32,338 bases of DNA from a virus (Duplodnaviria > Caudoviricetes), in IMG/VR virus record IMGVR_UViG_3300046710_000506, positions 1 through 32,338 of that record; one strand, given 5' to 3'. Under the pieces are notes generated by a model. That model did not search any database, was not told where the DNA came from, and saw nothing but the letters and a program-made list of their open reading frames with translations. The translations under genes and the position numbers were made by a program. Shown here piece by piece: positions 15,734 to 25,917 of this stretch; positions within the stretch are counted from its first letter, which is position 1, and each line of letters starts with the position of its first letter.

Positions 15734-16819
15734 ATGCACAAGCCTAAGAAATTCTGGAACATAAAAACAAGCGCAGCCACTCCCGGGGTCGTCGATATCT
15801 ACATTTATGGAATTATCGGAAGCTCCTGGTTCAATGAAGATGGCAGCGATACAACTGCTTTTGATTTTGTTCTTGAATTCAAGGCCCTTGAAGCCAAATA
15901 CGATCGCATCAATATCAGGATAAACTCTCCTGGCGGTTCAATCAATGAAGGATTGCCGATTTTCAATGCGATCCTGCAATCAAAAAAGGATGTTCATACC
16001 TATAATGATGGCATAGCCGCCTCAATGGCAGCTATCATCCTTGAGGCAGGCAAGACAAGGCATGCTGCAAAAAACTCCATCACCCTACTTCACTCGCCGA
16101 TGACCATTACGGCCGGGAATGTGAAAGATCATCAAGAATCAATCGATTTTCTGAATGTATATGAAGGATCCCTGATTCAGTCAATGACCGATAAAACAGG
16201 TTTGACTGCCGAAGAATTAAAAGCAACATATTTTGATTTTAAAGATCATTCCTTAACAGCCCAACAGGCCTTGGACGGAAAAATCATTGATGTGATCGAT
16301 AAAACCACAGCAAACCTTCCTGCCAATATCCAGAATATGAGTTATGCCCAGATGGTTCATTATTACTCAAATGGGCAGGACCAGGATAAAAAGAATTTTT
16401 TCGCAGAATTGGTCGATAGGATCAAGGACGCCATTACAAATAAATCAGAATCACAAAACGAAACCGACATAATCATGGAAAATCTTGGAAAATTTATTGC
16501 AGCGCTCAATTTGGCTCCTGGAGCAACAATTGATGATGTGCTGAATGCCATCAATGCATTAGCATTAGCAAAAAAGACAGCAGAAGATGCGTTGCAGGTG
16601 GCAACTGGCGATAAAACAAAGCTGAGCACCGATCTGCAAACCGCCCAAACCGATTTGACGGCAATGACCAAAAAATACAATGACCTGAAGGCAGAAGATG
16701 CCGCCGATGAAACAGTCGCAGGGAAGAAAAAAGATATCATTCCTGGCGACGGGGAAGATCCTTCGGCTGGCTTCAAACATAACCAGGTAGCCGACTCTGT
16801 GGCAACCGGTGCAAAATAA
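15734..16819 (+). CDS. ClpP-type head maturation protease with C-terminal scaffold-like region
   Basis: IYIYGIIG, RINSPGG, GIAASMA (catalytic Ser), LLHSP; coiled-coil C-terminus; directly upstream of the capsid gene. Confidence 0.9.
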   Translation: MHKPKKFWNIKTSAATPGVVDIYIYGIIGSSWFNEDGSDTTAFDFVLEFKALEAKYDRINIRINSPGGSINEGLPIFNAILQSKKDVHTYNDGIAASMAAIILEAGKTRHAAKNSITLLHSPMTITAGNVKDHQESIDFLNVYEGSLIQSMTDKTGLTAEELKATYFDFKDHSLTAQQALDGKIIDVIDKTTANLPANIQNMSYAQMVHYYSNGQDQDKKNFFAELVDRIKDAITNKSESQNETDIIMENLGKFIAALNLAPGATIDDVLNAINALALAKKTAEDALQVATGDKTKLSTDLQTAQTDLTAMTKKYNDLKAEDAADETVAGKKKDIIPGDGEDPSAGFKHNQVADSVATGAK

Positions 16820-16861
16820 CAAGCGCAAACCAACATAGTATTCATTATAAATCGAAATAAA

Positions 16862-17830
16862 ATGGCAGCTACAATCACAATTACCCAATTGGTTTCCGAA
16901 TTCGGAACCTGGTTAGGACAAAACCAGAACCAGATAAAAACCCTCCTGCTCCAGCCGACAGTGAGTACGCAGTACATGACCAGGGTTATGCAGGATGATG
17001 AATTCCGCGCCGCCAAGGCCGTGATCGATGATCTCGTTCAGGGATTCCAGAAAGAATGGACACCAAAGGGGACTGCTGTATTCACACCGATCACCATTAA
17101 CCAACGCAGGCATAAGGTGGATATGGAATTCTACCCCGACGAAGTCATGGGAAGTTGGCTCGGATTCCTGGCAGCCGAAAACCTGAACCGGACCGCATGG
17201 CCCATCACCAGGTATATCATCGAAAAACTGATGATGGCCAAGATCGCCGAGAACCGCGAGCTGAAAATGTACGGTACCGGTGAATATGAGATACCATCGG
17301 AAGGTGTTGCCCAGGCAGTCGGAAAATCAATGGATGGGTTCTGTACCACCCTGAAGACAAAATATCTTGCCGGGACCTCTAACATCAACTTCATTGGGGT
17401 AGGAACATTCACAAAGAATGACATCGTCGGCCAGGTTGATAATTTTGCCGATGGTATTGCCGAGGTATACCAGGGCATTTCAATGAATATTTTCATCAGC
17501 AACAAATGGTTCCGGGCCTACCTGCGCCGGCGCAAAGAATTGGAAGGAGGGAATATTGATTACAAAGGGATGAACAGCCTTTTGATCGATGGCACCAACC
17601 TTACCCTTTGTCCGCTTCCGAGCATGGCAGGAGAAGATCTGATCTTCGCCACACCGAAGGAAAACTTCATCTGGCTGACCAAGATCAATGATGGCCCCAG
17701 CTCGCTGACGATCGAAACATCGAAAAGAGAGGTCACCATCTATTGTGACTGGCACGAATCTGTTGGGTTCGCAATCGAAGAGGCAATCTTCTGCGCCATC
17801 TCCGGTGACGAAGCCAGCGCCAGCGCATAA
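16862..17830 (+). CDS. Major capsid protein
   Basis: 322 aa directly after the protease-scaffold; size and position fit an HK97-fold capsid. Confidence 0.75.
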   Translation: MAATITITQLVSEFGTWLGQNQNQIKTLLLQPTVSTQYMTRVMQDDEFRAAKAVIDDLVQGFQKEWTPKGTAVFTPITINQRRHKVDMEFYPDEVMGSWLGFLAAENLNRTAWPITRYIIEKLMMAKIAENRELKMYGTGEYEIPSEGVAQAVGKSMDGFCTTLKTKYLAGTSNINFIGVGTFTKNDIVGQVDNFADGIAEVYQGISMNIFISNKWFRAYLRRRKELEGGNIDYKGMNSLLIDGTNLTLCPLPSMAGEDLIFATPKENFIWLTKINDGPSSLTIETSKREVTIYCDWHESVGFAIEEAIFCAISGDEASASA

Positions 17831-17877
17831 AGACTGGTAAACGAATCAATTAATTTATAAACGTCAATAATACGACA

Positions 17878-18579
17878 ATGAAAATAGCACGAATTTTATC
17901 AGTCATGTTGATCGCGATGCTGGCCGGTGCCGGCATCTCGCTTGCCACCGGATGGGATCCTGGCATCACAATAGTGGGGCTTGCCCTGGCAAGTGTCATT
18001 TTCCCCGGTCCGGCCGGAATCCTGGCCATATCATTAATAGATCTTGGCAGGCCCAGTGGAGACAATCCCGGTAGCGGTGGTGGTATCGACTCGGAGATCA
18101 TCCTGATCCATAACGATGATATCGAATGGTCCACTTTTCCATCACGATCAGCCGATAATGTTACTATCATTTCAAACATACCGCTAAAAGCAGGTAAGTA
18201 TATGCACCGGTTTTATTTTACTCAAAAAACCATTAAACCCAGTCAGAAGAAGGTAAAGGGGTCTAATGATGATTCTGGCGGATGGGAAGTCGGCATTGAA
18301 GGGTTTTATCCTGGTATAGAAAAGGCCATTCAATCCTGGATGGCCAGTCATGGGATCTCATTCAAAGGACTGGTACTGGTTCAAAACTGCACCGGAAATA
18401 AGCGTTATCTCATGGGAGAACCCTGTAACCTGGTTGTGATTGATGCAATCGACACCGCATGGGGAGAGGATATCTCCAAGGATAAAGGAAGCAAGATCAC
18501 ATTCAAAAGCCTTCAATCGCTCCCCATGGCAATATATGAGGGAGCAATCACCTATGACCCCACTTCTGCCTCTTGGTAG
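17878..18579 (+). CDS. Probable major tail/structural protein with hydrophobic N-terminal extension
   Basis: Last gene of the protease-capsid operon before a terminator; the first ~52 aa form two hydrophobic segments. Confidence 0.5.
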   Translation: MKIARILSVMLIAMLAGAGISLATGWDPGITIVGLALASVIFPGPAGILAISLIDLGRPSGDNPGSGGGIDSEIILIHNDDIEWSTFPSRSADNVTIISNIPLKAGKYMHRFYFTQKTIKPSQKKVKGSNDDSGGWEVGIEGFYPGIEKAIQSWMASHGISFKGLVLVQNCTGNKRYLMGEPCNLVVIDAIDTAWGEDISKDKGSKITFKSLQSLPMAIYEGAITYDPTSASW

Positions 18580-18621
18580 ATTGTTTTCATGACCCCGACG
18601 TTAATTTGTCACTATTTATGT

Positions 18622-18648
18622 TCCCCGCCAACCCGGCGGGGATTTTTT
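18622..18648 (+). terminator. Intrinsic terminator
   Basis: TCCCCGCC-aaccc-GGCGGGGA-TTTTTT. Confidence 0.88.
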
Positions 18649-18650
18649 AT

Positions 18651-18685
18651 GTCCTTTTACAGGTGCAATTGCAGTAATACTTTCG
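18651..18685 (+). promoter_or_regulatory. Putative late promoter, copy 2
   Basis: GTCCTTT-N20-TACTTTCG; ATG at 18690. Confidence 0.6.
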
Positions 18686-18689
18686 CTTT

Positions 18690-19445
18690 ATGGTTGATGT
18701 TTACTATCCTTATTTTCATCGTGAAGCTGTCTGGGAAGAACTCCGATACTCGATCCGGTCATTGGAAAAACACCTGAAGGAAGAATTCAGGTTATGGATC
18801 GTTGGTGACCTTCCTGAATGGCTGGATCTTGATGCAATTTATTTCATGAATCACAAACGGTGCGAAGGTATGGATCAGAACACCGTCTTTGATGCTATAC
18901 AAAAACTCCTGCTTTACCTTAATCATCCGAATGCCGCCGAACAGTTCATCCGGATGTATGACGATATCTATCTTCTGGACGATGTTGATCTTTTGGAGAT
19001 CGGCAAGTTCAAAGCCATGTATCCCTATGACAAGATACCGAAACGTTATGAGAAATGGTGGGGCCAATTATACCGGTCGGTAGATGCAGTCAGGTTGAAA
19101 GGATATCCCGGATGGAATACAGAGACTCATCTTCCGGAACTATTCTACCGGGATAAGATGAAATGGATTATTGATACCTATAAAGCGTTGGAGCGGCGCC
19201 TTCTCACTTCGACACTCTATTTCAATGCGTTTTTTGCTGGTCAGGAGCCGATCTTATTCAAAGATTGCCGGGGAATCCAGTTTTATAATAACCAGGACAA
19301 TGAATATTATACTTCTTCAAAAGGGGATCTCGACGAAAAATGTAAGGGGATGCTCTATCTGAATCACAATAATGCAGGCCTGAATGACAATCTGAAATCA
19401 TTCCTGCAACACCGTTTTCCTGATAAATCAAGATTTGAGAAATGA
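18690..19445 (+). CDS. GT-A fold glycosyltransferase-like protein (Stealth-like N-terminus)
   Basis: ELRYSIRSLEKH...LWIVGDLPEWL...FIRMYDDIYL resembles Stealth CR2 (ELRYSLRS...P.WL...NDD). Confidence 0.6.
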   Translation: MVDVYYPYFHREAVWEELRYSIRSLEKHLKEEFRLWIVGDLPEWLDLDAIYFMNHKRCEGMDQNTVFDAIQKLLLYLNHPNAAEQFIRMYDDIYLLDDVDLLEIGKFKAMYPYDKIPKRYEKWWGQLYRSVDAVRLKGYPGWNTETHLPELFYRDKMKWIIDTYKALERRLLTSTLYFNAFFAGQEPILFKDCRGIQFYNNQDNEYYTSSKGDLDEKCKGMLYLNHNNAGLNDNLKSFLQHRFPDKSRFEK

Positions 19446-20836
19446 TAGTCGGCAAGCTAATACTGCACTATAATACCCCGGAGCTGACTAATGGTCTGTG
19501 CAAAAGCGTTCCCGATGCCATCGTGATCGATAACGGTTCCGAACCAGGCAAGGAATACACTGGCAGGAATGAATGCATCAGGCTCGATAAGAATTACGGC
19601 TTTACAATCGGATGGAACAAGGGCATCAAGGCTGTTTATGACCGGTTCGATGCCTTCTGGCTGATGAATTCTGATATTGAGATTACAGACAAGTCGATAA
19701 AAAGGATCTGTGAATTACTCCTTCGGCCTGAAATTTCAATGATAACGCCTTCCTATAATTGTTGGTTGAAGATGGTCCATAACCGGGGAACCAATAGCGT
19801 GCGGGAGGTTTCGTGCCTTGAATTCACGGCCCCTGTAATCAAAAAGAGTGTGTTTAAAAAGATCGGGTTCTTTGATGAGCGGTTCACAAGGGGCTATGGT
19901 GTTGACTTTGATTTCTGTTTAAGGATGCAGAAGGCCGGACTGAGGATATTCGTTGATGATCATTCCTCATTCATTCACAAGCAACATCAAACGATCAAGT
20001 TAGAAATGGAGGTAAGCGAATATTCCCGGCTCGCTGTTAATGAACTCCGATCAGTCATGTCGGAGAAATACGGGGAAAAATGGAGAGAAATGATAACACA
20101 AAAATTAAATGTACCAATAACAAAATTAGCCATGAGAAAGATTGCACTTTACACGACCATTTTTGGCGATTATGCCAAACTGCTCCCGGTCCCGGCCGAA
20201 ACCGAGCTGGATGCAGATCTGTTTTGCATCACCGATAATCCGGACATCGAAAATCCCGGTGGATGGAAGATCATCGTTCCGGATTATCCGCGCCTGGATC
20301 TGGCTCCCAGGATGCGGGCCAAGTTCTTCAAGATATTTCCCTGGGAAGCTGAAGGGATGTCAAAATATGAAGCCTTCATCTTCATCGACGGATCGATCGA
20401 GATCACGGATCCCGATTTCGTGAAATATTGCCTGAAACACCTGACCAGTGATATCCTGGTATTCAAACATCCGGCGAGAAATTGCATCTATGAGGAGCTG
20501 AAAACCTCTCTTCCATTGGTAAAATACAAGGATGAAAACATCGAGGCCCAGTGTAACTCCTACAAACCCATTTATCCTGTCAATGGCGGGTTATATGCAT
20601 GCGGGGTGATGATGGTAAAGAATAACGAGAGGGTAAAGCAGTTCATGGGTGCCTGGTGGTGGGAAAACATCAAATGGAGCTTTCAGGATCAACTTTCCTT
20701 CCCGGTGATCTGCAAATTATTGAAGGTTACACCGGCCATCTTCCCCGACAATCAAATGAAGAACAACTATTTCAAACACCACTGGAGGGATGATGATCCC
20801 AAGTCTGGTAAGGGTAAAAAAAAACTGAGCCAATGA
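19442..20836 (+). CDS. Two-domain glycosyltransferase: GT2 fused to a DUF616 (TOD1/MUCI70-like) domain
   Basis: N-terminal VIDNGS, NYGFTIGWN, LMNSD, FFDERF, DFDFCLR; C-terminal LYTTIFGDY, FIDGS, HPARNCIYEE, DQLSF. Confidence 0.8.
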   Translation: MIVGKLILHYNTPELTNGLCKSVPDAIVIDNGSEPGKEYTGRNECIRLDKNYGFTIGWNKGIKAVYDRFDAFWLMNSDIEITDKSIKRICELLLRPEISMITPSYNCWLKMVHNRGTNSVREVSCLEFTAPVIKKSVFKKIGFFDERFTRGYGVDFDFCLRMQKAGLRIFVDDHSSFIHKQHQTIKLEMEVSEYSRLAVNELRSVMSEKYGEKWREMITQKLNVPITKLAMRKIALYTTIFGDYAKLLPVPAETELDADLFCITDNPDIENPGGWKIIVPDYPRLDLAPRMRAKFFKIFPWEAEGMSKYEAFIFIDGSIEITDPDFVKYCLKHLTSDILVFKHPARNCIYEELKTSLPLVKYKDENIEAQCNSYKPIYPVNGGLYACGVMMVKNNERVKQFMGAWWWENIKWSFQDQLSFPVICKLLKVTPAIFPDNQMKNNYFKHHWRDDDPKSGKGKKKLSQ

Positions 20837-21576
20837 AGGTAGATGTTTTAATGCCAATTTATGGTACCCCGCTCGATCAGGTAAAGCTGGCATTTCAGTC
20901 TATTTTTGATCAGACCTATGCCAAATTTCAGATAGTGGTGGTGGATGATAACAACCCGAAAGGGGAGTTGCTGGACTATTTATATGGCGAATTATCTGAC
21001 CATAAGTGCTGTGTCAGCGTGGTGCGTACAAAGGAAAACAAGGGAATAGCTGCAGCTCTCAATTATGGGTTACAATATTGCAAAGGTGATCTGGTGCTCA
21101 GGATGGACTCGGATGATATTGCCCGGAAAGAATGGATCAGTAAGCAGGTTGATTTTTTCGAACAGCATCCGGGGGCAGCGATCTGTGGTTGCCAGATCAT
21201 GCTTTTCAATAAAGAGGGGAAAATGCGCGAGAGCAACCATCCACTCCAGGTGACCAGGGAGGATGCAAAGAATAACCACAAATTTTGGCTTTGTAACCAC
21301 CCCGGCATTGCCTTCAGGCGTAATGTTCTTATGTCGCTGGGTGGTTATGGAGATACGCCCGCTCGGTTTGCTGAAGATTATGCATTATGGATCAAATTTT
21401 TGGTAGCTGGACATATCATCTATAATTTACCTGATGTATTGATGGATTATCGGATGCCCGGAAATGTTCAGGGAAACAGGCAGCTTAACCGGCCTGCGGA
21501 AATGATTCAGGACCGGGAATCGGATGAATGGCTTAAATTTTTACAGGGCCAAAAACAACTGCTATATGAACACTGA
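20833..21576 (+). CDS. Glycosyltransferase family 2
   Basis: VLMPIY, VVVDD, NKGIAAALNYGL, RMDSDD (DxD), AEDYALW. Confidence 0.9.
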   Translation: MKVDVLMPIYGTPLDQVKLAFQSIFDQTYAKFQIVVVDDNNPKGELLDYLYGELSDHKCCVSVVRTKENKGIAAALNYGLQYCKGDLVLRMDSDDIARKEWISKQVDFFEQHPGAAICGCQIMLFNKEGKMRESNHPLQVTREDAKNNHKFWLCNHPGIAFRRNVLMSLGGYGDTPARFAEDYALWIKFLVAGHIIYNLPDVLMDYRMPGNVQGNRQLNRPAEMIQDRESDEWLKFLQGQKQLLYEH

Positions 21577-22297
21577 CAAATGGAATGAAGTGATTGAAAG
21601 AATTAACACCTGGCTTAATTCCGGAATGGAATTCTTTGTGGGAGTGGCAATATATAAGGAGTTCGGCACCAGCAAGAATGAAATGCGGTTGTTTGATAAA
21701 GGAGGCAACAGTCGGCGCAACCGGGAATTGCTGGAATATGAGCTGAGAAAGTTGCTTAAATCCAATATTGCACCACGGCAATCAACTTCGGTTCCGGTAA
21801 TCCGCAGGCCAATCCCGGTCCCGGGATCTGATGCCAAGATCCCGAAACCTGTATTTGAACCCAAGGTAGAACATACCGGCAGGCGACCACTCGAGGATGA
21901 AGCTAAAATCTTGTTTGAAGAGATCCGGATGAAGCTGAAAGTAAGGGATAACCTTCATGCCACCTTGGAATATATTCCAACAGATGAAATACGCCTGGGC
22001 AATGCATTGAAAATCCTTGATATTTCTGATGAGATAGCCGAAGGGTATGACCAGCTCCGGCATTATGATCAGCATGGGATCCTGCCACCGCCACCAAAGA
22101 AAGAAGAAAGAAAAAAGGTAAGTAAAATGGATATCGCCGAGATGATGACCCGCCGGCAAACCCTTCGTACCTACATCAGCAGGTATACCAGGTTAAGAGA
22201 TGATTCAGAAGATACGGTGATTCGCTCCCGGAACCAGGAGATCCTTGATAAGTACAAAATTGAGCTTGATGAAATTGATAATGCTTTAAAAAAATGA
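21566..22297 (+). CDS. Hypothetical phage protein
   Basis: Helical ORF overlapping both neighbours by a few bases; ATG 21566 preferred. Confidence 0.65.
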   Translation: MNTDKWNEVIERINTWLNSGMEFFVGVAIYKEFGTSKNEMRLFDKGGNSRRNRELLEYELRKLLKSNIAPRQSTSVPVIRRPIPVPGSDAKIPKPVFEPKVEHTGRRPLEDEAKILFEEIRMKLKVRDNLHATLEYIPTDEIRLGNALKILDISDEIAEGYDQLRHYDQHGILPPPPKKEERKKVSKMDIAEMMTRRQTLRTYISRYTRLRDDSEDTVIRSRNQEILDKYKIELDEIDNALKK

Positions 22298-23532
22298 CAG
22301 AACAGCCACTCGAATGGAAAACAGAACAGCGGAAGGTTGATGACCTGGTGCCGTTTGCTTACAATCCAAGGGTATTGACCGATAAAAAGCGGGACCAGCT
22401 GCAGCGGTCATTGGAGAAATTTAACCTGGTTGAAATTCCGGCCATCAACCTGGACAATATGATCATCGCCGGTCACCAGAGAATCACCGTCCTTAAACTC
22501 CTCGGGCGTGGCGAAGAAATGATCGATATCCGGGTTCCAAACCGTATGCTCACTGAAAAAGAGCTGAAGGAATATAATATAACATCAAACGTTCAGGTGG
22601 GATTATGGGATGTAGAGGTGTTAAATGATATATTCGATGATATCGACCTTAAAGGACTCGGATTGAATGTTCATGACCTGCCGAGTTCATTAAAATACGT
22701 TGAGATTCCGGATCTCTCTCCGGATGAAGATCTGCCGGATGTAAATTCAATACAAACCGATATCGTTCCAGGGGATCTGTTCGAATTGACAGGCAAAGGA
22801 CTCAGGCACCGGTTGATTTGTGGTGATAGCACCCTGTCTGATGTAGTTCAAAAATTACTTGGGACCGTTATCCCCATCTTAATGGTCACGGATCCTCCTT
22901 ACGGAGTGAATTATGATCCCACCTGGCGCGACAAGATAAATGCGGTCCATGGTAAACGGAACGGCGCCGTGACCAACGACGACATCCCCAGCTGGATCGG
23001 CGCCTATTCATTGTTCACCGGTGATGTGATGTATATCTGGCATGCTTCCCGGTTCCAGGATATCATTATGAAGGATATTTCCGACTGTGGATTTGAATTG
23101 CGTAGCCAGATCATCTGGGTCAAATCCACCTTCGTTCTATCCCGGGGAGATTATCACTGGCAGCATGAACCCTGCCTCTATGCAGTCAGGAAAGGAAAGA
23201 ACAGCAACTGGTATGGAGGCCGGGATCAGAGTACGGTGTGGGAGATCCGGGGACTGAATGTTTTCAATTCCAATGAAGACACCATGACTTCGCATGGCAC
23301 CCAGAAACCCATTGAAGCCATGGCAAAGCCGATCATAAATAATACCCGCAAGGGAGAGAGTATATATGATCCGTTTGGAGGATCCGGTACCTCCATGGTG
23401 GCATCACACCAGCTCGGGCGTAATTGTTATATGGGGGAGATCGATCCCCGTTACTGCCAGATGATCATCGACAGGATGAAAAAGTTTGATCCGGAGTTAA
23501 AAGTGGAAAGGATAAGTGATGAGCAACATTGA
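22294..23532 (+). CDS. ParB-like N-terminal domain fused to an N6/N4 DNA methyltransferase
   Basis: YNPR, IIAGHQR (ParB/Srx); VTDPPY, HGTQKP, DPFGGSGT; upstream of the terminases. Confidence 0.9.
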   Translation: MTEQPLEWKTEQRKVDDLVPFAYNPRVLTDKKRDQLQRSLEKFNLVEIPAINLDNMIIAGHQRITVLKLLGRGEEMIDIRVPNRMLTEKELKEYNITSNVQVGLWDVEVLNDIFDDIDLKGLGLNVHDLPSSLKYVEIPDLSPDEDLPDVNSIQTDIVPGDLFELTGKGLRHRLICGDSTLSDVVQKLLGTVIPILMVTDPPYGVNYDPTWRDKINAVHGKRNGAVTNDDIPSWIGAYSLFTGDVMYIWHASRFQDIIMKDISDCGFELRSQIIWVKSTFVLSRGDYHWQHEPCLYAVRKGKNSNWYGGRDQSTVWEIRGLNVFNSNEDTMTSHGTQKPIEAMAKPIINNTRKGESIYDPFGGSGTSMVASHQLGRNCYMGEIDPRYCQMIIDRMKKFDPELKVERISDEQH

Positions 23533-24142
23533 CAAATATACCAACCCCAAGAAATTTGATAGTAAACTGGAGAAGATCCAGGGATATTATGATGACGAGA
23601 AGATCAAGTTGAGTCCTACAGAAGATGAATTAAGGGTTCGGCTCGAGGCGGCCTTCACGCTTTTATGTAAATACCACTCAAACGAACAGGCCAAGGACCG
23701 CCTGATGAGCCAGTTTGGTTATTCACAGGCACAGGCTTACCGGGATCTCCGCGCAGCTGTTGAGTTGTTCGGGGATATCATAAAGACAAAAAAAGAAGCC
23801 TCAAGGTATATCCTTTATGAGCTGGCCATGAAGAACTATCAACTGGCAGCATCTAAATCCGATATTGACCAGATGAATAAAGCGGTTGCAAACCTGATCA
23901 AGATCACCGGTGTCGACCGCGATGACTTCGACCTTCCGGATCCTTCGAAAATACAACCCCCGATGCAGATGCTTTCTATCACCTATAATTTTATCAATGG
24001 CCCACATTTTAAGCAGATTGATAAGAAGGCACAGGATGTACTTCTTGATCTGCAAGCAAAAATCAATGCCTTAATTGATAAATCTCCAGCCAAGGAATAC
24101 CTTGATATTCTCACAATACAAGATGCTGAAATTATAGAATGA
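23516..24142 (+). CDS. Probable terminase small subunit
   Basis: HTH-like FGYSQAQAYRDL; directly upstream of and overlapping the large subunit gene. Confidence 0.55.
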   Translation: MMSNIDKYTNPKKFDSKLEKIQGYYDDEKIKLSPTEDELRVRLEAAFTLLCKYHSNEQAKDRLMSQFGYSQAQAYRDLRAAVELFGDIIKTKKEASRYILYELAMKNYQLAASKSDIDQMNKAVANLIKITGVDRDDFDLPDPSKIQPPMQMLSITYNFINGPHFKQIDKKAQDVLLDLQAKINALIDKSPAKEYLDILTIQDAEIIE

Positions 24143-25647
24143 TGGAGATTAAACCGGCACCATATTACAACGATCCTCAGATTTCTGTTAAACTCTCCTC
24201 TAAACCGTATAAGACTCTTTTATGGGGAAGAGCCACAGGTAAGACCACCATACTCGCTGATATTATTATTCTTGCTTTAACCTATTTGCCAAGAGGGAAG
24301 ATTGTGTTTGGCGGTCTTACCTATTTCCATATCCGTAATAAATCGATGGGCCCTATTATTGCACATTGGGAACGCAGGGGGTTGTATCGTAACATTCATT
24401 ATTTCATTGGGTCAAGGGCGCCAAAGAAATGGGGGTGGCCAGAGCCATATCAGCCACCTTTGGATTATTCCAATTGCATTCACTTCTTTAATGGATTTGT
24501 GGTTGAATTCTGTTCATTTGACCGTCCGGAGATGGCCCGGTCAGGATCCTATGACGGAATGCTACTGGATGAATGTACTAAATTGAAGAAATCAGCCATA
24601 GACTCTGACCTTCGTCCTGCTATCCGTGGAAACAAAGAACACTTTGATCATGTGCGTATCCATCACTTCGAAGTATTAATGGGATCTCAGCCACTTACCT
24701 CAGACGGTGACTGGGTATTTGAATTTGAAAAGCTGGCATTGGACCATCCTGATGATTATATGTTCGATGAAGCATCGGCAAAGGAAAACATAAAGGTGCT
24801 CGGAGAGAAGTGGTTCCGCAATGAGAAGAGGAACCTGCCCCAGATCGTATATGATATTGAGATCGAGAATAAGAGAAGGAGACGTAATATCAGCGGGTTC
24901 TATCCTGAATTGTCATCAGAGAGGCATTGCTACTATGACAGTTATGACTACTCTTATTATGACTCCCAGAAGATTGATCCTAAATCAATGCCCATAACTG
25001 ATAGCAGGGGTGATAAGGACTGCCTGAAAGATCAGCCACTCTATCTATCCTTTGACTTTGGGTCTACTCAGAACTGCTGCATCGTTGGCCAGTGGCATAA
25101 GTCAATCAATAGGTTTCCGATCATCAAGAACTTCTATGTTGAGAACGAGACACTGCCTACCCTGGTTAAGAAGTTCATTGATTACTATGAGTATCACAGG
25201 GATAAGACTGTCTATCTATATGGTGGCAGTGATGGCACCCGGAAGAATGATGCCGCATCGAGGCAGACATACTTCGATGATGTAACTGCTCAACTATCCA
25301 AGGTAGGATGGACAGTGTACAATCGTGCCCAACTGTTCGAGGCATCGCACATGGATAAGTTCCAGTTCTGGCATAAGTTTCTCTCCGGCGCCTACCCAGA
25401 GGTACCCGACTTCGCTATCAATATGAACAATGCAATGGAGTCCTATGTATCAATGGACAATGCCCCCGTACTACCACAGGAATTCAAGAAGGATAAATCA
25501 TCTGAACGTAAAACAGATCAGCCAAGATGGAAGGCAACCGACCTGAGTGATGCTGTTGACAACCTTTACTTCTGGATTTTCTCTTCCAGCCTGGCCAACG
25601 ACCAAGGGCCATCCTTTGACATGTTCATTCTCAAAGGCAATCATTAA
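24139..25647 (+). CDS. terL: Terminase large subunit
   Basis: Walker A GRATGKT, Walker B MLLDE, nuclease SFDFG and DLSDAVD. Confidence 0.88.
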   Translation: MMEIKPAPYYNDPQISVKLSSKPYKTLLWGRATGKTTILADIIILALTYLPRGKIVFGGLTYFHIRNKSMGPIIAHWERRGLYRNIHYFIGSRAPKKWGWPEPYQPPLDYSNCIHFFNGFVVEFCSFDRPEMARSGSYDGMLLDECTKLKKSAIDSDLRPAIRGNKEHFDHVRIHHFEVLMGSQPLTSDGDWVFEFEKLALDHPDDYMFDEASAKENIKVLGEKWFRNEKRNLPQIVYDIEIENKRRRRNISGFYPELSSERHCYYDSYDYSYYDSQKIDPKSMPITDSRGDKDCLKDQPLYLSFDFGSTQNCCIVGQWHKSINRFPIIKNFYVENETLPTLVKKFIDYYEYHRDKTVYLYGGSDGTRKNDAASRQTYFDDVTAQLSKVGWTVYNRAQLFEASHMDKFQFWHKFLSGAYPEVPDFAINMNNAMESYVSMDNAPVLPQEFKKDKSSERKTDQPRWKATDLSDAVDNLYFWIFSSSLANDQGPSFDMFILKGNH

Positions 25648-25917
25648 AACATCATTGAATCAATGAGTTACGCAGGCATAGGCATGCCTGCCCCGTTTCA
25701 TATATCCCCTTGCAGAGGGGGTGCAATTGTTTTCACGCGACAGGGCGTGGCGAGGACTCGCGTGAGATTTTTGATAATAAAAGGCACTTTGTCAGTAGTA
25801 AATGACAAAAAGACAGAATTATAGAGAAAAAAAATTGAGAATAATAAACAGGCGGGTTTTATACGGGTTATAACCATAATGGTCCGGACCGAGCAAAAAA
25901 ATACCATCTATTTTTTT

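Noticed and set aside
16363-17016. 217-aa minus-strand ORF and similar antisense ORFs across the window
   Set aside because: They are shadows of well-supported plus-strand genes and have no recognisable motifs.
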